64,000 nt of DNA, taken from assembly GCA_963846335.1 (NCBI GenBank), contig CAWJVS010000016.1, positions 128,746 through 192,745 on the forward strand, written 5' to 3'. Each line of letters starts with the position of its first letter. Positions within the stretch are counted from its first letter, which is position 1. The DNA comes from an uncultured Bacteroidales bacterium (lineage in GTDB: Bacteria; Bacteroidota; Bacteroidia; Bacteroidales; VadinHA17). The notes below the pieces were generated by a model. It searched no databases. It saw nothing but the letters and a program-made list of their open reading frames with translations, and had not been told where the DNA came from. Below, piece by piece: positions 1-10,060 of this stretch. Made by a program: the position numbers and the translations under genes.

Positions 1-3000
1 AAGTAACGGACATTCTGGCGAGACTACCTGCAAATGACCTTCAGAATACAGACAAACTGATGGGTGATTTGCTTCTTCTTGGAGAAGCCGGCATAAAGCA
101 GATATGCGATCAGGTTATCCCGGCTGGCACAGGCGATGATACACGCCCAAGATTTGCTGTGGAGAGCTTTTCACGTTTTCTTTCAGCAAAAGGAAAAGAG
201 AAAGACAGGGCAGTATGGGAAAAGATCTGTATCGGTTATGCTACCGGCAGGAAGGATCCGGGAATCCAGGATTTCTTTATGAAACAGCTGCAGCTGATTG
301 GAGGTGTTGAGTCAGCAGAGGCTGTGAAAACATTCCTGGGCAGTAAGGAATTGTGTGATCCTGCTCTTGGTGTTATTGCTTCTGTCGGGGGACCGGCAAC
401 GGAGAAAATCCTGTCGGAATCTCTGAAAAACAAAGAGCTGCCTTGTGCTGCATCGGTAATGAACATCCTTGCGGCAAAGAATTCGGATATCGCTGTTACC
501 GAGTATATCACATGGAGTGAAAAACAGGATGTAAATATAAAGACATCAGCTTATAATGCTCTTGCAAGGAGCGGAAATCCACTGGCATATCCTGTGCTGG
601 CAAATGCTGCAAAAGCTGCTTCGTATAAATGGGAGCAGACAGAAGCCACATCCTCATTTATTAATTATGCATCCGCAGTTGGAAAGAGGGGTGATGTAAA
701 AACTATGGAAAAGATCTGCCGGCTGGTTATGTCAAAATGCAATGACGACCTTACAATACAATACAAAACATCGGCTCTCAACACAATTGTCAGGTTCCAG
801 GGCCTGGAAGCAATGGGATCAGTTTTTCAGGCAGCTGCCAGTCCCAATGACAAATACAGGAGTGCTGCAATTATGATGACACTTGAAATACCAGGCAAGG
901 AGGTTGTTCAGAAGTGGCTGGCTTATTTCCCAAAAGCCTCCCAGGCTTCCAGACCTGAAATTATCACGATGCTTGGAATGAGGGGAGACAAGGCAGCACT
1001 GCCTCTTGTGTCAAAATCGCTGACCGATCATAATTTCAATGTAAGGAAAGAGGCTGCCGAAGCTGTTGTCAGGCTTGGTGGTGACGAAACTATAAATGCT
1101 CTTATTGATTATATGATGTTGTTTGACAGTGCACCTGATCAGGAGGCAGCGAAATCTGCTCTGATGACTGCGGCAGGAAGCGATATGATGCCCCGTCTGA
1201 TCCCTGTTTTGAAGGGTGGCACTCCTGCAGCAAGAAAGAGTGTTATTGAACTTTTAGCATGGAGCAGGGAAGATAAGTATTTTCCTGAGGTATTTCCTTT
1301 CTCCTCATCAACTGATGAGCCTGTAAAAACAGCTGCTTTTAAGGCACTTTCAAGCCTTGCCAGGCCAGACGATCAGGATAAACTCATTGAACTTCTTGCT
1401 GCTGCGGAAAACCAGGAATATGTTGCCGGCATTCAGACCGCTCTTGCTGCTGCTGCCGGAAAAATTGCTGATCCTGAAATGCGCTCAGCAAAATTACTTC
1501 AGGCAATCTCAGGTAAGGTAACCAAAGAGAAAATCATACCTGTCCTTTCACAGACAGGCGGACGCCAGGCTCTTGCATTGGTCTTAAAGGAATTTGAGAA
1601 TGGGAGTTCAGATACCCGTGATATCTGTTTCAAGGCTCTTATGAACTGGGTAGATCATTCCGCATCATCAGCTCTTTACGAAATATGTGCATCAGGCAAT
1701 AAAACTTTTGAAGCTCCCGCTTTTGACGGGTATATACGACAAATCAGTTCCTCGGATTTGCCTGATGAACAGAAGTTGTTGCTTTACAGGAAGATAATGC
1801 CTTATGCAAAAGATACTGACCGGAAAATCAAAATTCTTGATGAAGCGGGTGGTCTTAAAATCTATCAGTCGCTCTTCTTTGTTTCAAAATATCTTGATGA
1901 TCCTGCCTTGTCGCCAACTGCTGCCAGATCTGTTATGTCTGTCGCTCTCCCTTCAGGAGGTTCAGGATCAGGAATGTCAGGCGACCTTGTAAAAGATATA
2001 CTCGTCAGGACCGCAGGTATGCTGAAAGGCTCAGAAAGCGATTATGAAAGGGAAATGATTACAAAATACATAGCGGGAATGCCTTCCGATGAGGGATTTA
2101 AGCCTATGTTCAACGGAAGGGACCTTACAGGCTGGCAGGGACTTGTTGAGAATCCGATCGCCCGGGCTGCTTTGAAACCGGCTGAGCTTGCAAAAAAACA
2201 GGCTGAAGCTGACAAGAAAGCCTTGCTGAACTGGAGCGTAAAAGATGGATGCATTTGGTTCTCAGGTAGTGGGGATAATCTCTGTTCTGTAAAGGAATAT
2301 GGCGATTTTGAGCTGCTTGTCGACTGGAAAATCACCAAAGCGGGTGACAGCGGGATCTATCTCAGGGGATCACCTCAGATACAGGTATGGGATACATCAA
2401 GGGTCGATGCAGGGGCTCAGGTCGGATCCGGAGGATTATACAACAACGAAAAGAATCCCTCAAAACCTTTGAAAGTAGCAGATAATCCTGTCGGAGACTG
2501 GAACTCTTTCAGAATACTCATGATCGGTGAGAAAGTTACTGTCTGGCTTAACGGGGAGCTGGTGGTTGACAATGTGACTCTTGAAAATTACTGGGATCGC
2601 AAAATCCCCATTTTCCCCAGGGGATCCATTGAACTGCAGGCTCATGGTACAGATCTGGCTTTCAGAGATATATATGTCAGGGAAATATCCAGGGGAGGAT
2701 ATAATCTGACAAAAGAAGAAAAAGAGGAAGGTTTTGTCTTGCTCTTCAACGGCATAAACCTTGATAATTGGCTAGGGAATAAGGAATCTTACATACCTGA
2801 AAATGGAATACTTGTTGTAAAACCGGAGCGTGGTTCAGGTGGAAACCTCTATACTGAGAAGGAGTATGCTGACTTCATATTCAGGTTCGAATTTATGCTC
2901 ACTCCTGCTGCCAATAATGGTATTGGAATAAGAGCTCAACTGACAGGTGATGCAGCCTATGAGGGTATGGAGATTCAGGTTCTGGATGACACGGCTCCTG

Positions 3001-3308
3001 TATATGCTGATCTGAAACCTTACCAGTATCATGGATCTGTTTATGGCGTAATTCCGGCAAAAAGAGGATCTCTTAAACCTGTGGGAGAATGGAACTATGA
3101 AGAGATAATGATAATAGGTACACGTATAAAGGTAACCGTTAACGGAATTGTTATTGTTGACGGTGATATTGCCGGTCCCAGGGATAACGGAACAATGGAT
3201 CATAATGATCATCCCGGCCTGAAAAACACCAAAGGGCACATCGGATTCCTTGGTCATGGTTCGGAACTTAAATTCCGGAACTTGAGAATAAAGGATCTTT
3301 CAAAATGA
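1..3308 (+). CDS. HEAT-repeat protein with two C-terminal DUF1080 (3-keto-disaccharide hydrolase-like) domains; 5-prime partial
   Basis: ORF 60..3308 stays open in frame back to base 3, so the true start is probably upstream of the window. The N-terminal two thirds is alpha-helical repeat sequence. Two C-terminal DUF1080-type signatures are present (GSIELQAHGTDLAFRDIYV and GHIGFLGHGSELKFRNLRIK). Confidence 0.6.
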   Translation, partial: VTDILARLPANDLQNTDKLMGDLLLLGEAGIKQICDQVIPAGTGDDTRPRFAVESFSRFLSAKGKEKDRAVWEKICIGYATGRKDPGIQDFFMKQLQLIGGVESAEAVKTFLGSKELCDPALGVIASVGGPATEKILSESLKNKELPCAASVMNILAAKNSDIAVTEYITWSEKQDVNIKTSAYNALARSGNPLAYPVLANAAKAASYKWEQTEATSSFINYASAVGKRGDVKTMEKICRLVMSKCNDDLTIQYKTSALNTIVRFQGLEAMGSVFQAAASPNDKYRSAAIMMTLEIPGKEVVQKWLAYFPKASQASRPEIITMLGMRGDKAALPLVSKSLTDHNFNVRKEAAEAVVRLGGDETINALIDYMMLFDSAPDQEAAKSALMTAAGSDMMPRLIPVLKGGTPAARKSVIELLAWSREDKYFPEVFPFSSSTDEPVKTAAFKALSSLARPDDQDKLIELLAAAENQEYVAGIQTALAAAAGKIADPEMRSAKLLQAISGKVTKEKIIPVLSQTGGRQALALVLKEFENGSSDTRDICFKALMNWVDHSASSALYEICASGNKTFEAPAFDGYIRQISSSDLPDEQKLLLYRKIMPYAKDTDRKIKILDEAGGLKIYQSLFFVSKYLDDPALSPTAARSVMSVALPSGGSGSGMSGDLVKDILVRTAGMLKGSESDYEREMITKYIAGMPSDEGFKPMFNGRDLTGWQGLVENPIARAALKPAELAKKQAEADKKALLNWSVKDGCIWFSGSGDNLCSVKEYGDFELLVDWKITKAGDSGIYLRGSPQIQVWDTSRVDAGAQVGSGGLYNNEKNPSKPLKVADNPVGDWNSFRILMIGEKVTVWLNGELVVDNVTLENYWDRKIPIFPRGSIELQAHGTDLAFRDIYVREISRGGYNLTKEEKEEGFVLLFNGINLDNWLGNKESYIPENGILVVKPERGSGGNLYTEKEYADFIFRFEFMLTPAANNGIGIRAQLTGDAAYEGMEIQVLDDTAPVYADLKPYQYHGSVYGVIPAKRGSLKPVGEWNYEEIMIIGTRIKVTVNGIVIVDGDIAGPRDNGTMDHNDHPGLKNTKGHIGFLGHGSELKFRNLRIKDLSK

Positions 3309-3327
3309 AACCTGTACATTATAGATG

Positions 3328-3351
3328 AAGCGAAGTCTGGAGACTTCGCTT
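3328..3351 (+). terminator. Perfect 10-bp hairpin downstream of the HEAT/DUF1080 gene (no T-run)
   Basis: AAGCGAAGTC-TGGA-GACTTCGCTT lies 20 nt after the stop at 3308. It sits inside the implausible N-terminal extension of ORF 3325. Confidence 0.35.
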
Positions 3352-3384
3352 AGCAGTGAACTAAATATTTCATACTACATCAAC

Positions 3385-4830
3385 ATGAAAAACTTATCCA
3401 TTCTTTTCTGCTTTATTCTGATTTTTACTGCATGTAACAAAGTTACTCCTCCCGAACCTTACGGCCCGGTACCATCTGAACGGCAACTTGCCTGGCACGA
3501 CATGGAATATTATATGTTTGTTCACTTTACTGTCAATACTTTCACAGATAAGGAGTGGGGTTATGGGGATGAGAAAGAGACTGTTTTCAATCCGTCGCAG
3601 ATCGATTGCAGGCAATGGGCAAAAGTTGCAAGCGATGCAGGTATGAAGGGAATAATAATTACTGCCAAGCATCACGACGGTTTTTGCCTGTGGCCCTCAC
3701 AATTCACAGAACACTCTGTTAAAAATTCAGAATGGAAAGATGGCAAGGGTGATGTTCTTAGGGAACTGCGTACTGCCTGTGATGAATTTGGCCTCAGGTT
3801 CGGAGTATACCTGTCTCCATGGGACAGAAACACTGCCGTATATGGTACACCAGAATACCTGACCTACTACCGTAACCAGCTGCATGAGCTTCTGACCGGG
3901 TATGGGGATATTTTTGAAGTCTGGTTTGACGGCGCAAACGGAGGAGACGGTTATTACGGAGGTGCCCGCGAGTTGAGGAAAATTGATAACAAAACCTATT
4001 ATGACTGGCCTAATACCCATGTTATTGTCAGGGAATTGCAGCCTTCGGCTGTTATGTTCAGTGATGCAGGACCTGATATCAGATGGGTTGGGAATGAAAG
4101 CGGGATGGGCAGCCTTACCAACTGGTGCCTGCTTAAAAAGGATGAAATGTATCCCGGCGGTGATTTTGCGAAGATCCTCGGTGAAGGTCATGCCGATGGT
4201 ACCTCCTGGGTCCCGGCTGAAGTGGATGTATCAATCCGTCCCGGATGGTTTTACCACCAGTCGCAGGATTCACTCGTCAGGTCGCCTGAAAACCTGTTGG
4301 AGCTGTATTATTCCTCAGTGGGCAGGAACAGCAATCTTCTGCTCAATGTTCCACCTGACAGAAGAGGTCTCCTGCATGAAAACGATGTTAAATCCCTGCT
4401 TGCTTTCAGAGAGATGCGTGAGAAGGAGTTTGCAAAGGATCTGGCAAGGGGCATCTCAGCGCAATCATCGCATTACAGGGGAAAGAATTTTATTGCATCT
4501 TTCGTCAATGATGGCGATCCTGAAACTTACTGGGCCACACCTGAGAATGTTAAATCGGCAAACGTTACAATTAATCTTGGAGAAAAAACTGAGGTAAACC
4601 GTGTTTTGATCCAGGAATATGTTAAACTGGGACAGAGAGTCACTAAATATTCGGTTCATGCAATGGTAAACGGCAAATGGGAGCCGGTGGTTGATGGAAC
4701 TACAATAGGACATAAAATTATACGCAAGTTTCCTGTTGTCTCTACTACTGATATAAGGATCTCAATAGATGATTCCAGGGCATGTCCTGCAATATCAAAT
4801 ATTGAACTTTTCAGGGCGCCCGGAGAATAA
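3385..4830 (+). CDS. GH29 alpha-L-fucosidase lipoprotein with C-terminal F5/8 type C (discoidin)-like domain
   Basis: GH29 motifs AKHHDGFCLWPS and YGDIFEVWFDGANGG. The internal Met at 3385 gives a lipoprotein signal MKNLSILFCFILIFTAC. The ORF track start 3325 overlaps a hairpin. Confidence 0.85.
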   Translation: MKNLSILFCFILIFTACNKVTPPEPYGPVPSERQLAWHDMEYYMFVHFTVNTFTDKEWGYGDEKETVFNPSQIDCRQWAKVASDAGMKGIIITAKHHDGFCLWPSQFTEHSVKNSEWKDGKGDVLRELRTACDEFGLRFGVYLSPWDRNTAVYGTPEYLTYYRNQLHELLTGYGDIFEVWFDGANGGDGYYGGARELRKIDNKTYYDWPNTHVIVRELQPSAVMFSDAGPDIRWVGNESGMGSLTNWCLLKKDEMYPGGDFAKILGEGHADGTSWVPAEVDVSIRPGWFYHQSQDSLVRSPENLLELYYSSVGRNSNLLLNVPPDRRGLLHENDVKSLLAFREMREKEFAKDLARGISAQSSHYRGKNFIASFVNDGDPETYWATPENVKSANVTINLGEKTEVNRVLIQEYVKLGQRVTKYSVHAMVNGKWEPVVDGTTIGHKIIRKFPVVSTTDIRISIDDSRACPAISNIELFRAPGE

Positions 4831-4847
4831 AACCTTATTGGACTATT

Positions 4848-6563
4848 ATGAAAAAAGCTTACAGAGTGCTGGTTTTTCTGATCTGTATCTTTATCACCAG
4901 ATCTTTATCCGGGGAGAGCCCTTCTGATGGAAATGGCTATGGCAATCCCTATGTGGTTACTACCTTTGAATGCGCCGGGATTTATTGGAAAACTTCAGTT
5001 TCCGGTCAATGCAGGGTAAAGTACAGGGAATTGAAAAGCACTGCATGGAAGGAGGCACTGGATTTGGTTTATTGCGTTAGTGATGATGAATACAGAGGAT
5101 CAGTTGTCAATCTTAAGCCTGATACGGAATATGAAGCTGAACTGGAAAATGGTATTGTCAAAGATCATATTAGATTCAGGACCAGAAATGATAACTTCCC
5201 AACCGGTAAAACGACTTATATTCCTCCGGGGGAGAGTGATAAGCCAGTTGTTATTACTGAGTCGGGAACACCAGCAAACTACCACCTGGTGACGGTTTCC
5301 CCGGGAAGCAAATCAACCCTGAATCTTGAGAATGCTTCTAAGTATGGAATTGAAATAGATGCGGATTATGTTATTATCCGTGGCGTTGAAATAAGGAATG
5401 CAGCAATTCACGGGATACTTATCAGGCAGAACAGGCATGATATAATTATTGAGCAGTGCCATATTGCCTTCTGGGGAAGAATCGGAGGACCGGCAACATA
5501 CGGAAACCTTGAGGGGGGGTATGACAGCGGCATTTTTGCTGAGGAGAGCACTTCAAATCTAACCATTCAACGCAACCTTATCGAGGATCCCAGAGGTGCA
5601 TCTAATGACTGGGAAGCGGGACACCCCGACGGACCGCAGGGTATTACAATATTTCAGAGCAGGGGAGGCAATGTGATTAGATACAACGAAATTTTATCTT
5701 CCGAGGATCATGGCTTCAATGACGGTATCGGCGGAGGGGAGAATTATTCCTTAACAGGCAATATGAACAGGGATTCGGATATATACGGCAATATAATCAG
5801 GAATGTTTGGGACGATGCAATTGAAAGTGAAGGGGGAAATATGAATGTAAGGATCTGGGGGAATTATTTTCATGATTTCTTCAATGGAATCGCAACTGCC
5901 TCTACCTCCACAGGTCCTCTGTATATCTTCCGCAATGTCGCAGGTGAGAGTCGTACCGGTCATCGCAATTCCTCTGGCGGAGCTTTTATAAAGACTGGCG
6001 AGTCGGAAAAGTTCGGCGGAGGCCGGAGGTTTGTTTTTCACAATACTATTCTCCAGCCCGGAGGTGTTTTTGATGTTTTTACATCTCATCCGAATCCGAA
6101 CTGTGTAACCCGAAACAATATATTTGATGTCAGGGGAAGGCTTGCAACTGACAGGGAAAAACAACCAGCCAGCGATTATGATTTTGATTATTTCTCAGGG
6201 GGAACAAAAGGAAAAAGCGCACTTGAGAACCATAGCATAAGATTTAATCAGACACCATCAGGTACACCCTTATTTGTCCCTTCATACAATCTTGAGTTTT
6301 ATCTGAAATCATCTGTGAATTCCATAAAATGGGGTGCATTTCAGTATGAACTGGGTGAGGAGAAAGTAGAAATCACAGACCCGGTTGTCTGGATACCAAA
6401 TCCATTGATCGATTCAGGAGCTGTAATACCCGGCTTCAATGACGGATATGCCGGAAAGGCTCCTGATCTGGGTGCATTTGAGACAGGTCTGCCACCCCTG
6501 CAATTCGGAAGGCGTGCCTATCGAAACTACAATGATGACCGGGCGCCCTGGGAATTATATTGA
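4848..6563 (+). CDS. Secreted right-handed parallel beta-helix (pectate-lyase fold) protein, specificity unknown
   Basis: Signal peptide MKKAYRVLVFLICIFITRSLSG. An Fn3-like N-terminal segment is followed by repeated beta-helix turns (IIRGVEIRNAAIHGILIRQNRHDIIIEQCHI, NLTIQRNLIED, NVIRYNEI, IYGNIIRNVWDDAIE). It lies next to fucosidase genes. Confidence 0.55.
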   Translation: MKKAYRVLVFLICIFITRSLSGESPSDGNGYGNPYVVTTFECAGIYWKTSVSGQCRVKYRELKSTAWKEALDLVYCVSDDEYRGSVVNLKPDTEYEAELENGIVKDHIRFRTRNDNFPTGKTTYIPPGESDKPVVITESGTPANYHLVTVSPGSKSTLNLENASKYGIEIDADYVIIRGVEIRNAAIHGILIRQNRHDIIIEQCHIAFWGRIGGPATYGNLEGGYDSGIFAEESTSNLTIQRNLIEDPRGASNDWEAGHPDGPQGITIFQSRGGNVIRYNEILSSEDHGFNDGIGGGENYSLTGNMNRDSDIYGNIIRNVWDDAIESEGGNMNVRIWGNYFHDFFNGIATASTSTGPLYIFRNVAGESRTGHRNSSGGAFIKTGESEKFGGGRRFVFHNTILQPGGVFDVFTSHPNPNCVTRNNIFDVRGRLATDREKQPASDYDFDYFSGGTKGKSALENHSIRFNQTPSGTPLFVPSYNLEFYLKSSVNSIKWGAFQYELGEEKVEITDPVVWIPNPLIDSGAVIPGFNDGYAGKAPDLGAFETGLPPLQFGRRAYRNYNDDRAPWELY

Positions 6564-6590
6564 GAATTTTGCTGCTGTCAGAGCCTTTAA

Positions 6591-7244
6591 TTATTTTTTT
6601 GGAACTCCTACAGTGTGGGCAAGTGTGATTCTCTGGTTTGTCCTCAGGCCAAGTTCAGCACCCAGATTATTATCAGGTACCGATCCTCTTACAACACAAC
6701 CAAGGTTAGCTGATGCACAATAGAGATATATGTTCTGTGCTATAAACGCCGCATCGGAGTATGTCATGAAAAGGTCAGAATCCTTTATCACATCACCCTC
6801 TTTCATGCCGCGTTTACCCATATCTGCTACATAGAGAATATTAAGTGCAGCATCCGCAACGAAGCTCTGGGAACCAGTGTCTTTCCTCAGGTCCTTGTTA
6901 TTGATAAATTTCAGCGAATGCGATTCTGCATCATACATATAGCTTCCTCCCTGCATAGTTAAATACAAATCAATCTCCTGCCAGTTCATTGCTGAGGGGG
7001 CCGTTCTTTTTTTCTGATCAGTCCTGTTAATACCAAATCCTGCCCATAACAGGTCGGAGAGCTGCTGAAGGGTCAGGCTGTCAGTGGTAAAGGACCTGGT
7101 TGTTTGCCTTTCATTCAAAGCCTGCATCAAGGGTTTACCGCCGGTTTTGTCAGGAACAGGCAGTACTATATCCTGAGCGATTAATGGTATGAGAATCCCA
7201 TTAAATAAAAGGATGGTAAAAGAAATAATTAAATACTTTTTCAT
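6591..7244 (-). CDS. Secreted nitroreductase-family (SagB-type) protein
   Basis: Signal peptide MKKYLIISFTILLFNGILIPLIAQ. Nitroreductase-type N-terminus LNERQTTRSFTTDSLTLQQLSDLLWAGFGINR. Confidence 0.6.
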   Translation of the reverse strand: MKKYLIISFTILLFNGILIPLIAQDIVLPVPDKTGGKPLMQALNERQTTRSFTTDSLTLQQLSDLLWAGFGINRTDQKKRTAPSAMNWQEIDLYLTMQGGSYMYDAESHSLKFINNKDLRKDTGSQSFVADAALNILYVADMGKRGMKEGDVIKDSDLFMTYSDAAFIAQNIYLYCASANLGCVVRGSVPDNNLGAELGLRTNQRITLAHTVGVPKK

Positions 7245-7359
7245 AGCTGAAGAGATTATTACAGAATTTTCGATCCTGGAAACAAATTTATTTAAAAAAT
7301 ACGGTTGATTTGTTTCTGTTGGGAAAAATATAATTTAGAGAGAAACATCCCCTTGATCC

Positions 7360-7382
7360 CCCTGCCAAGGCGGGGCAGGCTC
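7360..7382 (-). repeat. GC-rich palindromic element, family GAGCCTGCCCCGCCYTGGCRGGG (copy 1)
   Basis: The reverse complement GAGCCTGCCCCGCCTTGGCAGGG matches 63316..63338 (GAGCCTGCCCCGCCCTGGCGGGG) at 21 of 23 positions. Confidence 0.7.
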
Positions 7383-7406
7383 TTCAAAGGGGGAATCAGT
7401 ATAACT

Positions 7407-7553
7407 AGCACCCAGCACCCAACACCCAGCACCCAGCACCCAGCACCCAGCACCCAGCACCCAACACCCAGCACCCAGCACCCAACACCCAGCACCCAGC
7501 ACCCAACACCCAGCACCCAACACCCAGCACCCAGCACCCAGCACCCAGCACCA
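7407..7553. repeat. Heptanucleotide microsatellite (CACCCAG/CACCCAA), about 20 tandem units
   Basis: Read directly from the sequence. It lies in the 420-bp divergent spacer between the nitroreductase gene (start 7244, minus) and GntP (start 7666, plus). Three overlapping track ORFs here are only translations of the repeat. Confidence 0.95.
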
Positions 7554-7665
7554 CCAGTTCAGTTTTGTCTTTTTCCTTTTGTCTTTTATCTTCATTAATA
7601 ATTATCTTAGCAACTCAAACCTTTTTATGGCCATTTACTACATCCTCAATACCTGAATTTTTCCA

Positions 7666-8998
7666 ATGAACCCATTTATTGCATCGATCCTGGTTGGTAT
7701 TAGCATTATTGCTATAATTATCCTCACATCCAGGCTGAAACTAAAAGCCTTTATCGCTCTCTTCCTGGTATCACTTTTCCTCGCGTTTACGACACTTCCG
7801 GCGAATACGGTAATAAGCACCATAAAGGAAGGATTCGGGAACACCATGGCTTCCATAGGATTCCTGATCATTCTTGGAGCAATTATTGGTATAACTCTTG
7901 ATAAAACGGGAGGAACATTGAGTATTGCCAGATATATTCTTTCAAAAACCGGTGAAAAACGAAGCGTTCAGGCATTGGGTATTACCGGATTCATAACAGG
8001 ATTGCCTATTTTCTGTGATTCAGGCTTCATTATTTTAAGCGGACTTGGGAAATCATTCAGTTTTAAGTCCGGAGTCGCAATGCCCTTTCATGGCCACAGT
8101 ACTTGCCTGCTCACTTTACTCCGTTCATTGTCTTATACCACCACATCCCGGCGCATTGGCCGCGTCAGGTGTTCTACAAGTCAATACAGGCTATCTTATA
8201 CTTATCGGAATAATTTTTGCAATTCCGGGAACTATCTCAGCATATTTATGGAGCAGGTGGATGACAAAAGGTAAAAATTATCCTCCGGCCGGAGATATTA
8301 AGGTTGACGAACAGACAGGAAGCGAAAGTCTGCCCCCTGTTTTTCTTTCATTCCTCCCTGTTGCAGTTCCTTTGCTATTAATAACTTTAAGATCAATATC
8401 CGGCCTTATTGACAGGGGTGAACCCGGGGTTTTTTCAAAGATATTTTATTTACCGGGAGAACCCATACTCGCACTTTCAATTGGAGCTGTTCTTGCCCTT
8501 TTACTACTTAAGAGCCGGACAATTGCCACAATTAATTCGGTGTTCTCGGAAGCTATCGAGAAAGCCGGACCCATCTTAATAGTAACAGCTGCAGGCGGAA
8601 TGTTTGGAATGGTGATTAAAGCAACAGGAACTGGTGAAGTCGTGGGAAGAATGCTGGCGGGAACAAGCATGGGACTTGTTGTACCGTTTCTGATTGCCGT
8701 TGTTATGAAAACTGCCCAGGGCTCTTCAACAGTTGCAATAATTACAACTGCCTCCTTCGTTTCCCCTATGCTGTCAACGCTTGGTCTGGATTCCGAATGG
8801 GGCAGATTGTTTGCCATGATTGCAATGGGAGCCGGATCGATGATAGTATCACATGCCAATGATTCCTATTTCTGGGTAGTTTCCAATTTTTCAGATATTG
8901 AACCGGATACAACCCTAAGGGTATATTCATCCTCAACATTGGTCATGGGTATGGTTGTTTTTGGATGTGTCTGGATAACATCACTCTTTGTTTTATAA
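7666..8998 (+). pseudogene. GntP-family (gluconate/glycerate:H+) permease, one frameshift near 8085-8095 as assembled
   Basis: ORFs 7666..8274 and 8045..8998 join into one GntP sequence (...GVAMPF / MATVLACSLYSVHCLIPPHPGALAASG...). It is paralogous to the intact GntP at 25363..26682. Confidence 0.8.
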
Positions 8999-9245
8999 TA
9001 ATTCAGCCTTTATTATGTAATTTTTCACAATTGTAGAAAGTTTCATAAAATGATGAATTTAGTTTTCATTGTATTCATTAAAACCCCCTACCCGACCTTC
9101 CCCCTATATTTGTGCCATTTGGCAATATAGGTTAGAAAAAGAGTTCTTTGACATAATTGTTAAATTTGTTGATATGATTTGTGGGATGAAGCGAAGGCGT
9201 AGCCGAAGCGTAATCCCACAAATCAGAGCTTTAAAATTACTATTT

Positions 9246-10046
9246 ATGATCAACAATTCTTCACTCCAGAAATGGGATCGTCTAAAGCAGAAGCAACTAG
9301 ATACCCAGTTTGTTAACAGTCTCATTCAGGGTATGAACTGCTCGCAGTTTGAAGCCAAAGCTATCCTGAATGCTGTCTATGATACCTATCGGCCATTCTT
9401 TGATAACTCCGGGGCTATGAAGCCGGGACAAGTTCTCTTTGAAGTAGTCTCGTTCGAGAATGGCGCACAAAAAAAGCTTTCTGACTGCAAGATGGTCTCA
9501 GTGGTACTTACCCTTGATGCAGGAGAAGAAGATCTTCAGGTTAAAGAGCATCACGGTGTTCAGGGCTTACGACGTCATCGGATGGAGCGAATAGTAAACG
9601 AAGCTTTCCAGCAAGGCGGGCTGCTTACCGTTGAGGACATTGCTAACCGGCTTCTAAACTGTGGTGAGCGGACTCTCTGCAGGGACATCAAAGCTTTTAA
9701 GGAGTTGGGGATAGTTCTTCCTCTTCGCTCTACGATCCGTGACATGGGTAAGTCTGTCACACACCGTTCTCTGATTGTTAAGCAGTGGCTTTCCGGGAAA
9801 GAATACTCCGAGATTGCCAGGGCAACACATCACAGCATTGATGCGGTGGCTAACTATGTTGACAAGTTTAAAAGGGTGGTTTGTCTGGCTAAGAACAACT
9901 ATGAGATAAAAACCATAGCATTCTTAGTAAAACTATCCCCCAGTCTTACTCAGGAGTATTACGATCTGCATCAGACAATAGATGCAGTACCCCATCGGAG
10001 AGAAGAGTTGGATGATCTTATAAAAAAAAATCGACAGACCATTTAA
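9246..10046 (+). CDS. DUF1670-like multi-HTH protein (paralogue 1)
   Basis: Shares the core (R)M(E/I)R(I)..EA(F/Y)QQG(G/A)(L/V)L(T/S)..D(I/L).., DMG(K/T)(S/T)(V/L)TH(R/K) and a HS(I/Q)(D/P)AV(A/D)(N/K)Y(V/L)(D/K)(K/D)F(K/N)RV helix-turn-helix with the next gene. The DUF1670 assignment is from memory. The start is set at Met 9246, because the track start 9069 runs through a repeat and a hairpin. Confidence 0.7.
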   Translation: MINNSSLQKWDRLKQKQLDTQFVNSLIQGMNCSQFEAKAILNAVYDTYRPFFDNSGAMKPGQVLFEVVSFENGAQKKLSDCKMVSVVLTLDAGEEDLQVKEHHGVQGLRRHRMERIVNEAFQQGGLLTVEDIANRLLNCGERTLCRDIKAFKELGIVLPLRSTIRDMGKSVTHRSLIVKQWLSGKEYSEIARATHHSIDAVANYVDKFKRVVCLAKNNYEIKTIAFLVKLSPSLTQEYYDLHQTIDAVPHRREELDDLIKKNRQTI

Positions 10047-10060
10047 TCCAGGAAACAGGA

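Noticed and set aside
3325-3384. N-terminal 20-aa extension of the GH29 ORF
   Set aside because: The extension is encoded by a perfect hairpin that probably terminates the upstream gene. The internal Met at 3385 gives a canonical lipoprotein signal.
3983-4597. 204-aa ORF in an alternative frame inside the GH29 gene, plus many similar 60-180-aa ORFs antisense or out of frame within long genes (for example 236..511, 2835..3257, 8446..8859, 40591..41142, 44425..44958, 60909..61430)
   Set aside because: These are shadow ORFs within well-supported coding regions. Their composition is low-complexity or atypical and they carry no recognisable motifs.
7292-7598. Three overlapping ORFs (81, 97 and 86 aa) with repetitive WVLGAGC or STQHPAP peptides
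   Set aside because: They are translations of the heptanucleotide microsatellite in different frames and strands. They show no start context or non-repetitive coding sequence.
7666-8998. Calling the first GntP a genuine pseudogene inactivated together with the cassette insertion
   Set aside because: The single frameshift is indistinguishable from the many other probable consensus errors in the window, so inactivation cannot be concluded without reads.
9069-9245. 59-aa N-terminal extension of the first DUF1670-like ORF
   Set aside because: It runs through the C-rich repeat arm and the 12-bp-stem hairpin. The paralogue alignment begins only after Met 9246.
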